Shown here: positions 25,921-39,595 of the stretch, in pieces
Layout: the number at the start of each line of letters is the position of its first letter
How positions within the stretch are numbered: position 1 is the first letter of the stretch
Assembly: GCA_000004695.1 (NCBI GenBank)
Contig: CM000152.2
Coordinates: forward strand, 2,720,001 to 2,784,000
Direction of reading: 5' to 3'
Length of the DNA stretch: 64,000 bases
DNA from: Dictyostelium discoideum
Taxonomy: Eukaryota
Notes under the pieces: generated by a model
Database searches by the model: none
What the model saw: only the letters and a program-made list of their open reading frames with translations
Told to the model about the DNA's origin: nothing
Program-made: the position numbers and the translations under genes

Positions 25921-27384
25921 TTAAAATAAAAGGCCAAGAGAAATTAAAACTGCAGTTAAACAAAATGATGAAATAATTCTTAAACTTGAGTTTGGATGAT
26001 CACCATCAGCTGAAGTATCATCACCAGTTGCAGATCCAGTAGCTGAACCAGTTGAAGAAGTAGTAGCACCAGTTGAAGAAGTAGCAGAACCAGTAGTGGT
26101 TGGAACTGGTTTATCAACTTCACCAGATTGATAGTTTGAAGCACCTAATGTTGGATCCCATTCAACAGAGTTTGGTCTTTCACCTTCAAATGAATATGTG
26201 ACGAATAAGGCATCTTTGTTTGAAATCATAGTTTTTAAGTCATTTGTGAAGCTACCACTTTCAGATGTTTTACCTACATTTGAGTGAACCTTGGAGGTTT
26301 GTGTACCAGCAGCTGAATTTACTTTTGCAGTTCCAACCCAATCATATGTAATTGAGAAATTTTTACCTATATCAACTGTAATTGATGGTGCACTTTTATC
26401 AGTGGCCTTGAATTTAACTGAAGCAACGAATGAAAGGAGGGCAAGTTTTGATTTTTTATCAGATGGACCAGTTGTTAAGCCACAGAATGGGATGTTTAAA
26501 TTGGTTGAGGATTTGGCAGAAAATGGTGAACCTCCAAGGAGACCTCCAATGATATTACCAATGGTACTTGTTACTGAAGTGGCTACTGTTGTAACACCAT
26601 TCACAATATCACAAAAAGTTGGATTCTTATTTACATTTTTATCATAGTAATTGTAAATACCAATATCGATTTTAGTTTGTGAAGCACCAATTGGATTCCC
26701 ATTAACACCAACAGATTGTTCTGGTACAGTGAAGTCCATAGTGAATAAACCATTATCACTCTTAGATGAAATATAGTGTACATTAAATTCCTCACCCTTG
26801 GCATTTTTTAATTTTTTAGTTGTTGAAGTTGTTTTGTAACTATAATATTTAAGGTCAATTTTACCTACAACAGTATCTTGTCCTTGTTGGAATCCTTCAA
26901 CACCATTTTCTTCAGTATATTCAACAATATAGGCTGGCATAAATCCTGTGGCAATTGCAGATACACCAAAATCAATATTCAATTGGGATAAATCTAAATT
27001 GGCATGACCCTCTAAATAAACAAATGAAACTGATGGTGGGACAGAATATAATGTTTGGTATCTGAAAATTGATGAATCAGCTTGTGCTGAAGCTGCACTA
27101 TTTGAAAGAGAACCACCGATTGATGCACCTTGTAAATAAAATAGGTATGGGCTAAGGTTGATACCTGTTCCTTCAATTGTAACATCTGGTATTTTAACTT
27201 CTTTTGAAATATATTTACGATAGACATCCTTGGATCTGGTAATGTTAGAGAATACCACTTAAAAAATACAGGTAAATATTTAATTGTTAAATTTTTAAAA
27301 AGTTAAATAATACATACATTGATCAATAGTTCCAGCAAATGCCGAACCAATTAATAAAAAACATAAAAATAAAGCTTTATTCAT
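25921..27384 (-). CDS. Secreted, probably GPI-anchored cell-surface protein, paralog A. Exons 27318..27384, 25921..27257
   Basis: Exon 1 MNKALFLCFLLIGSAFAGTIDQ (signal peptide), GTATGT donor, AAG acceptor. Mature region with conserved blocks shared with paralog B (FRYQT, NFG.SAIATGFMP..I.EYTEENG..GFQ, SQTK.D.GIYNYYD, GPS.K.SKLALLSFVA.VK, YDW.G.AKVN, EWDPTLGASNY), a Ser/Thr/Gly-rich stalk and a C-terminal hydrophobic tail SSFCLTAVLISLGLLF*. Confidence 0.65.
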
Positions 27385-27602
27385 TTTTTTTTTTTAAATT
27401 ATAATTTGTTAATAATTTGAAAATTAATAAATAAAATGTTGTTTTTTTTTTTTTATTTATAGTTTTAAAATTATAACTATGGAAAATTAAAAAAAAAATG
27501 TGTTACCCAACAATTATATTCAAATAAACAAGCTCCATAGTTTTGATTATAAACAAACCAATTAATTCCAATTTTTCCAAGTTTTTAGACTTTTAAATAA
27601 AT

Positions 27603-28031
27603 ATGAAAGTATGAAATTAAAAAAAAAAAAAAAAATAAATAAAAAAAAAGTGGAAAAAATTTTAAAATCGGATTAATTCTTGGGTGCGAAAAAAAAAAAA
27701 TTAAAATTTAAAAAACATTTCCCAGTCAAAACAAAAAAAAAAAAAAAACAAAAAAACAAAAAAAAAAAAAAAAAAAAAAAAATTATACTTATTTAATTAA
27801 AAAAATTTGAATGGAAATAATTTGTTAAAATAATGGTATAATAGTTTGTGGATAACAAATGTGCAATACCAATTGGTAGAAGAAGATTATTATCACCGGA
27901 TCTCTTGAGCTCCAGTTTCAATCATACTATGTTCAACTTAAAGAAAAATTAGCTCACGCTCCAATTACAGTCAAAGAAGATTTAGATATTTTAGAAAAAC
28001 TTCTTGTAACAAGAGCCGCAAAAAAAAAATA
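27603..28031 (+). CDS. Candidate small 2-exon gene (51 aa). Exon 1 ATGAAA 27603..27608, intron GTATGA...TAG, exon 2 27890..28031. Speculative
   Basis: The GC-richer island 27890..28031 is an open frame KKIIITGSLELQFQSYYVQLKEKLAHAPITVKEDLDILEKLLVTRAAKKK* immediately preceded by an AG acceptor (ccaattggtag|). A possible upstream ATGAAA|gtatga donor would supply the start. No homolog recognised. Confidence 0.25.
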
Positions 28032-28184
28032 AAAGTAAAAAAAAAAAAATAAAAAAAAAGAGGCGAGGAATCAACCAGCTCGGCATAAAATTACTTTTCA
28101 CCACTTTAATGCTGAAATTTTTACATTCGACCACCCTTATTAGTTTATTACCCTTTTTGTTTATTGTTTTTAAATGGCAAACAT

Positions 28185-28246
<62 letters not shown>

Positions 28247-28540
28247 TATTATTAAACTAGTTGAGTCAAACAAATTAATTTGATGATTATATTCTTTTTT
28301 TTAGACTATTATTCTATTTACATGCCTTGGAATCTAATAAAATGACATGTCATTCTAAAAAATTAAAATAATCTAAACGAATCTTTCGAACCGTTTTTTT
28401 TTTGAAAAAGATATTTATTTTTCAAATTTCCAAATTTTGCCATTCTTTTTTTTATAAATATAAAAAGAAAATATTTTTAAATTTTTTTTTAAAAATATTT
28501 TTAAAAAAACAAAAACGAAATTGATAATTATAAAGTAATA

Positions 28541-29485
28541 ATGAAATTAATAATTCAACTAATAATTTTAATTTTAACAATTAAACAATGTTTGGCATTT
28601 GAAAAATTATTTGTAAATTTAGTACCATACCAAACATCAAGTTGTTCAAAAGGTGGTGCCCAATCAAGTGGTATTGGTTTTAGTGGAATTATTGATACAT
28701 GTTTAACAATTGATGCTTTAAGTAATTTTAAATTTACTGTGGGTTCAAATAAAATGATTACTTGGTCAACTTATAAAGCAAAGAATGTTTCAGAAGTAAC
28801 TTGTACAACTGATAATCAAGTTTCATCAACAACTACTCCAATAGGTTCATGTGTTGCTAGTAAATCATTTGATATTGATTCTGATCTTATGCCAGTTAAT
28901 CCATTCTTTTATGAAGTTTCAGTATCTGTTACTCCATTAATTCAAGATAATTCAGTTGTTAATATGTTTATGAGTGGTGAAAGTTGTACTTCAGATAATG
29001 CTTTAATTGTTGAATATATTACCGTTGGTACATTTGTATTATCTCAACAAGATAGTGGTATATTTGAATATATTTGTTCGAATGGTGTACCTGAAATTGT
29101 TGCTTGTGATTCACATAAAAAAAATTGTAAAGCTCCAACCAATGCTGCATTGGACTGTTATAATATTTCCCCATTCTTTAATGGTTCATCATTTGAATTA
29201 CCATGTTCTTCTGGTTCACAACAAGGTTCAGAAAGTTGTGCACCTTTACCTTTTTCAGGTTCTAGTGCTGGTGCTAGTTCGGGTGCAGTATCAAGTGGCT
29301 CAGGTTTTTCATCTGGTTTTGTTTCACCATCAATGAAAACATCTGGTTCAACAGGTGCATATACCAATTATATTGCTAATAGTGATACAACTACTGGAAA
29401 TAGTTATCAAGAATATAATAATTTAAATTCAATGAATCCAATTGTTTTGTCCTATTTAACAACTTATTGTTCAAGCAGTAATTAA
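28541..29485 (+). CDS. Secreted Cys-rich protein with C-terminal Ser/Gly-rich region (hypothetical)
   Basis: 314-codon ORF with signal peptide MKLIIQLIILILTIKQCLAF, multiple Cys, and Ser/Gly/Thr-rich low-complexity C-terminal third. No stop-free extension found; family not recognised. Confidence 0.55.
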   Translation: MKLIIQLIILILTIKQCLAFEKLFVNLVPYQTSSCSKGGAQSSGIGFSGIIDTCLTIDALSNFKFTVGSNKMITWSTYKAKNVSEVTCTTDNQVSSTTTPIGSCVASKSFDIDSDLMPVNPFFYEVSVSVTPLIQDNSVVNMFMSGESCTSDNALIVEYITVGTFVLSQQDSGIFEYICSNGVPEIVACDSHKKNCKAPTNAALDCYNISPFFNGSSFELPCSSGSQQGSESCAPLPFSGSSAGASSGAVSSGSGFSSGFVSPSMKTSGSTGAYTNYIANSDTTTGNSYQEYNNLNSMNPIVLSYLTTYCSSSN

Positions 29486-29693
29486 TTTAAAAATAAAATA
29501 TTAATTTTTTTTGTTAATTAATTAATAATTTGATTGTAAAATTTATTTAGTTATTTAAATTTTTTTATTTTTAAAAATATAATTTAAATGATTTATAATT
29601 GATTGTTTTGTATATATATATAATATATTATTAGCTGTCCAATCTACTGGTACAAATGTTCAAGAAAGGTGTGAAAAATAAAAAAATTAAAAT

Positions 29694-29734
<41 letters not shown>

Positions 29735-29886
29735 CATTAAAATTAAAATTAATTTGAATTAATTAAATTAAATTATTGCTGGGTAAACCTTAACAGATTT
29801 AAACAATAAAATCAATTAATTAATGTTAATACTTTTATATAGATGGTCTTGATTCACTAAAATCACCAAAATCATCTTTATCATTA

Positions 29887-29948
29887 ACTAGGCCTAGTTA
29901 CTGATGATTTTTCAAAACCACTCATTGTGTTGAAAAATCATCAAACCC
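29887..29948. repeat. Adjacent perfect palindrome TAACTAGGCCTAGTTA plus a 14-bp inverted repeat TGATGATTTTTCAA..(18)..TTGAAAAATCATCA
   Basis: Read directly from the sequence; GC-richer than the flanks. Confidence 0.7.
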
Positions 29949-30030
29949 ATTATTATTTAATTAACCGAAGGTATATCTTTTACTTAGATTCTTTTTTATT
30001 CTTTATAAAATCGTTTGACTTTTTTTTTTT

Positions 30031-30118
30031 CTGTGCCAAAATTACCATATTAATATGGTAATTTTGGCAGAAATAAGTCCCATGCCAAAATTAATATGGT
30101 AATTTTGGCACGGGACAG
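30031..30118. repeat. Tandemly duplicated palindromic unit forming a nested hairpin
   Basis: A 36-bp perfect palindrome tgccaaaattaccatat|taatatggtaattttggca (30034..30069), a 13-bp spacer, then a 28-bp truncated copy tgccaaaattaatatggtaattttggca (30083..30110). The whole is flanked by inverted ctgt...acag. Confidence 0.8.
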
Positions 30119-30435
30119 TCGCATTAATAAATTATAAAATTTATAAATCAAAAGAATCAACACCTTCTATATTTGATATGATTTTTATTGACTTCTGAAA
30201 AAAAAATTCTCCTTGTACCGGTAATCTTTTAAGTTCAATACAATCAATCATCCAAACTTGTACAAAGTAAACCTTGTGTACTTTGGGCATTGTTCTTAAA
30301 AAATAAAATAGAATATAATTAAATAAATAAAAAAAAGTAAAATTTTAAAAAACAGATAATAGATAAGGCAGTCTAATTTATTTTTATTACTTTTTTAAAA
30401 TATGGTTTGTTATTAATAATAAAATCTTTTAAATA

Positions 30436-31803
30436 TTAATTTAAAATTAATAAACTTGATAAAACAATTAAAACTATTAAAAACAATGATGAAGTAGTTT
30501 TGAAAGCACTATTTGGATTTTCTTCTGGCATTGGACCATCATCAGTATAACCTGGTTCATAATTTGATGCACCTAAAGTTGGATCCCATTCAATTGAGCT
30601 TGGTCTAACACCATCAAATGAGTAAGTAATAAATAATGATTGCATATCACTGAGGAACTTTGAAATACCACCTAAACCAAATTTACTACCTTTTGAACTA
30701 TCAGTAACATTTGAGAAAACTTTGGAATTTTTAGCACCATTTCCAGTGTTAACTTTAGCCTTTCCAATCCAATCGTAAGTAACTGAAAAATTTTTACCAA
30801 CATCAAAAGTAACTGATGCTTCACCTTTATCATTAACCTTTAATTTAACGGCTGCAACAAATGAAAGGAGTGCAAGTTTTGATTGTTTTTTAGATGGTCC
30901 TGTTGTTCCATCACAAAGCACTGGGATATTAATGTTACTTGGTTCAACTGTTTTAGTTTCAATTGGTTCAGGTTCAACTGTATCCGATTCAATAAATGGG
31001 AATGGTAAGTCAGTAAGTATTGGTGGGATAGTTACTGGTGGGAGAGTAATTGGTGGGAGAGTAATTGGTGGGAGTGTTATTGGTGGGAGTGTTAAATCTG
31101 GAATTGATGGCATAGATGTTGCCCAATCTGGGATTTTGATATCACAGAAATCCAATTCATTTTTGTTAATTTTTTCATCATAGTAATTGTAAATACCGAC
31201 ATCAACTTTAGTTTGTGAAGCACTAATTGCGTTTCCATCAATACCAACTGAACGCTCTGGAATTGTAAAGTTCATTTGGAATAAACCATTTTTACTGGTT
31301 GATGTAACTTTATAAACTTTAAATGTTTTTCCATCTGATCCGGTCATATCTGCTGATTGTGAGGTGGTTTTGTAGGTATATTTACTGAGATCAACCATAC
31401 CAACAACAGAGTCACCGTCAAGTTGGAATCCATCAATACCATTTTCTTCAGTGTATTCAATGATAAAAGTTGGCATAAAACCTGTGGCAATAGCTGAAAT
31501 ACCAAAGTTTAATTGTAGCTTTTTAATATCTAAATTGATATTACCTTCAGCATAGGAAAAGGTTAAACTTGGGAAAACGTATGGCATAGTTTGATATCTA
31601 AACAAAGAAGTATCAATTTTACCAGTTGTATTGGTTCCACTTAATGTACCACCAACAGATGCACCTACTAAAAAGAACTGGTATGGTACCAAGCCTGCTT
31701 CACCACCAAAGGAAAATTGTTTATATTCACGGAATACATCCTTCTTTCTGTTAATATTTTTAAAACTATCTAATAAATTTCAAAACAAATTATTTTAATT
31801 AAT

Positions 31804-31872
<69 letters not shown>

Positions 31873-31954
31873 CTATAAAATACTTACTAACATCTAATGA
31901 TTGAACAAAAGTTGAACAAATAAATAAAATACATAAACATAAAGCTTTATTCAT
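30436..31954 (-). CDS. Secreted, probably GPI-anchored cell-surface protein, paralog B, with a PPITL repeat insertion. Exons 31888..31954, 30436..31769
   Basis: Exon 1 MNKALCLCILFVQLLFNHV...SLDV (signal peptide), GTAAGT donor, TTAG acceptor. Same conserved blocks as paralog A. A unique insertion LTLPPITLPPITLPPITLPPVTIPPIL and an acidic/Pro segment; C-terminal hydrophobic tail SSLFLIVLIVLSSLLILN*. Confidence 0.65.
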
Positions 31955-32718
31955 TTTTTTAATTTTAAAATATAAATTATAAATTAAATTTTTTTTTTTT
32001 TTATTCTATTTATACTTTTTTAAAAACTATTAATAAATTAATCAATTTTATGTTTCAAAGACCCGCCCCATTTCCTTTTTTTTTCTTTAAAAAATTTATA
32101 AAAAACCCAAGTAGCAATCCATTTTTTTTTTTTTTTCTATTTTTAATTTTTATAATAAAATAAAAAACTGATGTTTTTTCAATTGGACAATTAAAAAAAA
32201 ATTTATTTATATTTTATAAGATGTCGAGTCTTAAACTATTTTTTTTAATATTATTTTCAAAATCCAAAATTTTGGATCATTCAACTACACTTCGACCCAA
32301 CCATCAAATTTTTAATAAAAAAAATTAATTTTCTTTTAAAAAAAAAAAATCAAAATAATAAATATATATAATTATTAATTAATAATAAATATTTTGCACA
32401 TAAAAAAAAAAATTAAATAATTAATTAAAGAATTACAAAAACAACCCAAAAATATTAAGAAAGAAACAAAAGCAGAAACTATATTAATACAAATAAATTT
32501 TTTTTTTTTTTTATTATTTCTATCCACTTGAATTTGTGAAGGATATCTATATATTATTATTATAATTATTGTTAATTATTAATTATTATTATTGTGTGGT
32601 ATGTTTGTATAGGAAGTGTTATTATTACTATTATTATTATTTTTATTATTGTTATGTTATTATTATTTATCTTTTTTTTTTTTTTTTTTTTTTTTATTAT
32701 TATTATTGAAATATTCTT

Positions 32719-34560
<1,842 letters not shown>

Positions 34561-34759
34561 TTTTTTTATATTTTTATATTAATTTATTTATATATATATA
34601 TATAATATATTAATGGTATAATTTGTACGTAAAATAGTAATAATTATTTTTTTAACAAAAAGTTTTTTTTTGATGTGTGTGTTTCAAACCTGTGTATATT
34701 AATAATCACACTTCAAATGATGCAATTTTTTTTTTTATAATAAATCCAAATTTTTTTAA

Positions 34760-34791
<32 letters not shown>

Positions 34792-35396
34792 TTAATTTTT
34801 TTTTATTTTTTTTAATTTTATATTTTTTTTTTTTTTAATTTTTTTTAATTTTTTTGATTGAACCCCACCACCTGAACTTTTAAGTGCTAATAATAAATTT
34901 TGAACACACCAATATTAATAAAATTTTTTAATTATTTTTTTTATTTGTACATTAAAAAATTTATTTAATTTATTTTTTATTATTTTTTTTTTTTTTTTTT
35001 GATGAAACTTTGCTGATCGCTCGATCACAGAAAAAAAAAAAATAAAAAAAATAAAAAAATAATAAAAAAATCTTTGTTTGATATTTAATTAGTATTATCA
35101 TGAATAAATATTTTTTTTTTTAAAATTTTAATTCACCCCAATGTTTTTGTTTCTCAATTTGGAAATTGTCAAAAACAACAAATTTATTTAACCACCTTTT
35201 TATTTTTTTTTTTATTTTTTTTATTCCTTAAAATAATTTATTTATTTTTTTTATTTTTTTTTTATTTTTTTTATTTTTTGTATTATTTTGGTAATAAATT
35301 ACAAAATAAAAAAAACAGTTGTTTGTCGACAAAACAAAAAAAAAAAATAATAATAATTATTATTATTATTTTTTTTATAAACTTTTTTTTTTTTAT

Positions 35397-35582
35397 TTAC
35401 ATCATTTTTTTAAATTTATAGTATAAAGACTGTTTAAAAATATTATTGTTGCTTTTATTGTTATTATTTCTATTTCTAATTGTGGAAATTGTGGTGGGGT
35501 AAAATTTTTGGTCGCCCATATAATAATCTCCTTTATAATAATCAAAATCATAATTAATATAATTATCATTTTCATTATCATT

Positions 35583-35614
<32 letters not shown>

Positions 35615-35636
35615 CATTATCATTATTATTATTATA

Positions 35637-35702
<66 letters not shown>

Positions 35703-36733
35703 TTTATAATTATTATTATTTTTATTTTCATTATTTTTATTATTTTTATTATTATTATTTGAAATATCTTCTTCAATACAATAATTTTTAAATTGCTCTC
35801 TTTCGGTGAAATGTAATTTAAAATTCAAATTTTTGTTTTTTGGATATACCATCGATAGTAATGTTACCTTTATAATTTTATTTTCACAATCGGTATAGGA
35901 AAAATAATTGAATACCATTTCCATTCCATTATTTTTATAATGTTCAACCAATTTGTCATGAAATTTAAGTTTTTTATAAACTCCCTTAATTTTTATTTTT
36001 TTTTAGTTTATATTATTTATTATTTTTTTTTAAAAATAAAATTTTAAATACTAAATTAGTATTTTATATTTTTTTAATTAAAAAGAAAATGGAGTATCTA
36101 TTTTAAGATATTATTGACTGAAAAAAATAAAAAAATAAAAAAATAAAAAAAAAAAAAAAAAAAAAATAAAAAAAAAAAAGAAGAAAAAAGATGGACAGAT
36201 AGATAGATAAAATTGGAAAAAAGATAAAATAAAAAAAATAAAAATAAAAAAATAAAAATATAAAAAAATACAAAAAAAAAAGATGGAAATTAATTTTTTT
36301 TCCAAAAAAAAATTAAAAAAAAAAAATAATAATAATAAAACCCTACAATTAAATGAAATATAATTGAAAAAACTATATAAGAAACCAATAAAGTGGTACT
36401 TAAAATATAAATTACTATAAAACTTAAAGAATCTAAAAAATCTGAAACAGTTGAAGACAAGCAAGATAAAATGAAAAATATTGAAATGACCCCCAAAACG
36501 GAAAGCCCGGCAATTAAACAATAATATTTATACTTTTTCTCCCAATTTGGCGCAAAGCTATTAATAGAATCAATGAGTTTTTTAAATTCATTTTCCGAAA
36601 TAAAAGGTTTTAATTTTACATTCCAACAATTCCTATCTAAAATATCATTTACAATATTAATTTTGTAAATTTCCTTTTCTCCAATTATAACCAATTCTTT
36701 CATTTTTTTTTTATTTTTTTTTTTACTATTCAA
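35397..36733 (-). CDS. Hypothetical membrane protein with poly-N/acidic tail. Exons 36347..36733 and 35397..35984
   Basis: Exon 1 MNSKKKNKKKMKELVIIGEKEIYKINIVNDILDRNCWNVKLKPFISENEFKKLIDSINSFAPNWEKKYKYYCLIAGLSVLGVISIFFILSCLSS...FHLI (two hydrophobic segments), GTAGGG donor. Exon 2 GVYKKLKFHDKLVEHYKNNGMEMVFNYFSYTDCENKIIKVTLLSMVYPKNKNLNFKLHFTEREQFKNYCIEEDIS then a long poly-N/D tract. Family not recognised. Confidence 0.45.
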
Positions 36734-37790
36734 AATTTTTAAAAATTTAATTTATATTAATTATTTAAAATTATATTTTTTTGTTTTTAATTAAACTATT
36801 TTAATTAAAGTTTATGATGGTTTTACCTTATTTATTAACAAATGAAAAAAGAAAAAATATTATTACTTGTTTGGATATAAAGAAAAAAAAAAAATTAAAA
36901 TAAAATAAAATAAAATAAAATAAAATAAAATAAAATATAATTTAAAAAAAAAAAAAAAAAAAACCAAATTAAGTTATTAAAAATATTAATATGAAATAAA
37001 TAAAAAAAGAAAATGAGTTATGTTTTTAAAATATATAATGATGTTGAAACACTTTTAAAAAAAGGTAAAGTTTTAATGGTTGTAACCAATTAACAACAAT
37101 ATAAATTTTAAATCAACAATGCTGTAATGTAAAATATGTCCAATCTGTCGATTTTTTTTTTTTTTTTTTTTTTTTAGTTTTTATTTAATTTCTGTTTATT
37201 ATTATTATTATTATTATTTTTTTTTTTTTAATAAAAAAAAAAAATAAATAAAAGTTCTTTTATAAATATTATCTGTTAAAAAGAAAGTGTGTGATTTGTG
37301 GGATTTTTTATTTTATTTTAGGACAATAATGTGCAAGTACTTGCACACTAAATTTTTTTTTTTTTTTTTTATAAAACCGAAAAAAAAAAATTAAATAAAA
37401 AAAAAAAAAAACTTTTTGTTTTAGATACAAAATAGATATGTGACGGTTTGTTTTGTTTACATTTAATATTAAAATGGTTATGTGTAAAATAATTAAAAAA
37501 AAATATTTAATCCATTTTTTTTTTATAATTATTACTATTATTATTATTATTTTTATTATTATTATTATTTTTATTATTTAAAATTTTATTTATTTTATTT
37601 TTATTAATTTTTTTTTTTTTTTAATATTTTTTTTTTTTTTAAAAAAAAATATATACAAATATGGAACCTCTTAATTTAATTTAAAAAACCCCACGTGCAA
37701 AATTCAATCTTTAATTTTTTTTTGATTTAAAAATAAAAAATTTAAATTAAAAAATGAAATGTGTGGCGCCAATTTTTTTTTATTGCAAAT

Positions 37791-37834
<44 letters not shown>

Positions 37835-38241
37835 TTTTTTTTTTTTTTCCACACCAAACCACACAATCTATAAATATATATATCCAAATATATATTTAGT
37901 CATATTAATTTCTTAAAAGATTTCAATCTTATTAAAATTCTTATTTAATTTAATAGAATTTGATTTCAGTAATTTCATTACTACCCCAAAAAAAAAAAAA
38001 ATAATAATTATAACAAAAACCATTATTTTACAAAAAATAATCTATTTGTATTAAGAAATTAAATAACCTTTATAAATAAATAAATATTACAAATAAAATA
38101 ACTTTTTTTTACTAAAAAATAAAAAAAAATCAAATAAAAAAATATTATTTATATAAAAAAAAAAAATAAAAATAAAAATTTTAAAATAAAAATAATTTAT
38201 AATAATTAATAATAATAATAATAAAAAAACAATATCTAAAA

Positions 38242-39567
38242 ATGGAAATGTTTACATTACTAAAAGATAGTTCAATTTCACCAACCCCATCTTCAACATC
38301 ATCCTCAAGCTCATCTTCATCGTCAACATTTTTTAGTAATTGCAAAAGAAAATCAATCTCATCATCGTCATCACCATCAACAATGACAACGAAAACAATG
38401 AATATTTTACCAGCAAATAAAAAATTACCTGCACTTCAAATTGTTCCAGATAAAGATAATTGTGAAAATGAAAGTGATCAAGAAATTGAATTAAATAAAT
38501 GTAATAAAAAATTAAAACTAACTTCGCCACCACCATCAGAACAACAACAACAACAACAACAACAACAACCAGAAGTAAGCAAAAGCCAACCAATAGATAA
38601 TTTTAAAATGTATAAAGAAATCCAAGAGAAACACGTAAAAGAATGGGATTGGAAAGCTGCTGCACAAGTTCACTATTCCGATAATGTTCACTCAAAATTC
38701 TTAAAACCATCAACTAAATCAACCAATAAATCAACCAATAAATCATCATCATCATCATCATCAAAATCACAAACCTCAATTACAACAGCAGTATCAACAA
38801 CAATAGCATCAACAACACCAATTTTAGAACAAACAGTTATAGATGCAGGTCAAAAAAATGTTGGTCAAATGGTATGTAGTAAATGTAAAATGCTTTATTC
38901 ATATGGCTCTAAAGAAGATGAAGCGGCACATCAATCATTTTGTAATGGCAATATTCAACAACAAAAAGTGATAATCAAGAATTGGCAATCCATGAAAATT
39001 GTAAACACTTTCCCCAATGGTCGATCCATTATCGTAGTTACAAAAGACAACATTTCAAACAACTCTGCACTATCTTCAAAAATTAATCTATTAAAAGAAA
39101 TTATAAATATTGAATTAGGCTATGCATCACCATCACCATCACCATCATCAAATGTACATAATAATAATAAAAATAAAAATGATAATGATAATGATAATGA
39201 TAATGATGATGATGATAATGAAGAGAAGTTATTTTTATATTTGGATTCAAATGGTAGAGTTTTGGGTTGTTTAATTGCAGAAAGAGTTGAAAAAGGTTAC
39301 AAGATTGAAAGTTCTTCACCAACAATACAATGTTCAAAAGTACCAACAAAGATTCTATGTGGAATTAATCGTATTTGGGTTTTGCCATCATCAAGAAAAC
39401 GTGGAATCGCTTCAAAACTAATGGAATCTTTAGCTTCGAATATGTATTATTGCTATCATTTAAAGAAACATGAAATTGCAACAACTCAACCTTCAACAAC
39501 TGGTCTTTTATTCTTTAATAATTATTTTAAAACAAATCAATTTTTATTATATAATATTAATCAATAA
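38242..39567 (+). CDS. eco1: Eco1/ESCO-type N-acetyltransferase (establishment of sister chromatid cohesion)
   Basis: C2H2-like zinc finger CSKCKMLYSYGSKEDEAAHQSFC followed by the acetyltransferase core ...KLFLYLDSNGRVLGCLIAERVEKGYKIE...LCGINRIWVLPSSRKRGIASKLMESL (Eco1 motifs GI.RIWV and RRKGIA). Single 441-codon exon; N-terminal Ser-rich and poly-Q low complexity. Confidence 0.75.
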   Translation: MEMFTLLKDSSISPTPSSTSSSSSSSSSTFFSNCKRKSISSSSSPSTMTTKTMNILPANKKLPALQIVPDKDNCENESDQEIELNKCNKKLKLTSPPPSEQQQQQQQQQPEVSKSQPIDNFKMYKEIQEKHVKEWDWKAAAQVHYSDNVHSKFLKPSTKSTNKSTNKSSSSSSSKSQTSITTAVSTTIASTTPILEQTVIDAGQKNVGQMVCSKCKMLYSYGSKEDEAAHQSFCNGNIQQQKVIIKNWQSMKIVNTFPNGRSIIVVTKDNISNNSALSSKINLLKEIINIELGYASPSPSPSSNVHNNNKNKNDNDNDNDNDDDDNEEKLFLYLDSNGRVLGCLIAERVEKGYKIESSSPTIQCSKVPTKILCGINRIWVLPSSRKRGIASKLMESLASNMYYCYHLKKHEIATTQPSTTGLLFFNNYFKTNQFLLYNINQ

Positions 39568-39595
39568 AATTTATTTTTAAAAATTTATTTCTTTA

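Noticed and set aside
26291-26647. 118-aa ORF on + strand
   Set aside because: Antisense to the well-supported paralog A surface-protein exon; no independent support.
29158-29367. 69-aa ORF on - strand
   Set aside because: Antisense within the Ser/Gly-rich part of the secreted-protein gene; GC-rich repeat artefact.
30141-30290. 49-codon ORF (MPKVHKVYFVQVWMIDCIELKRLPVQGEFFFQKSIKIISNIEGVDSFDL) next to the palindrome cluster
   Set aside because: Mixed codon usage and no recognisable domain. It is mentioned under the palindrome finding but not called as a CDS.
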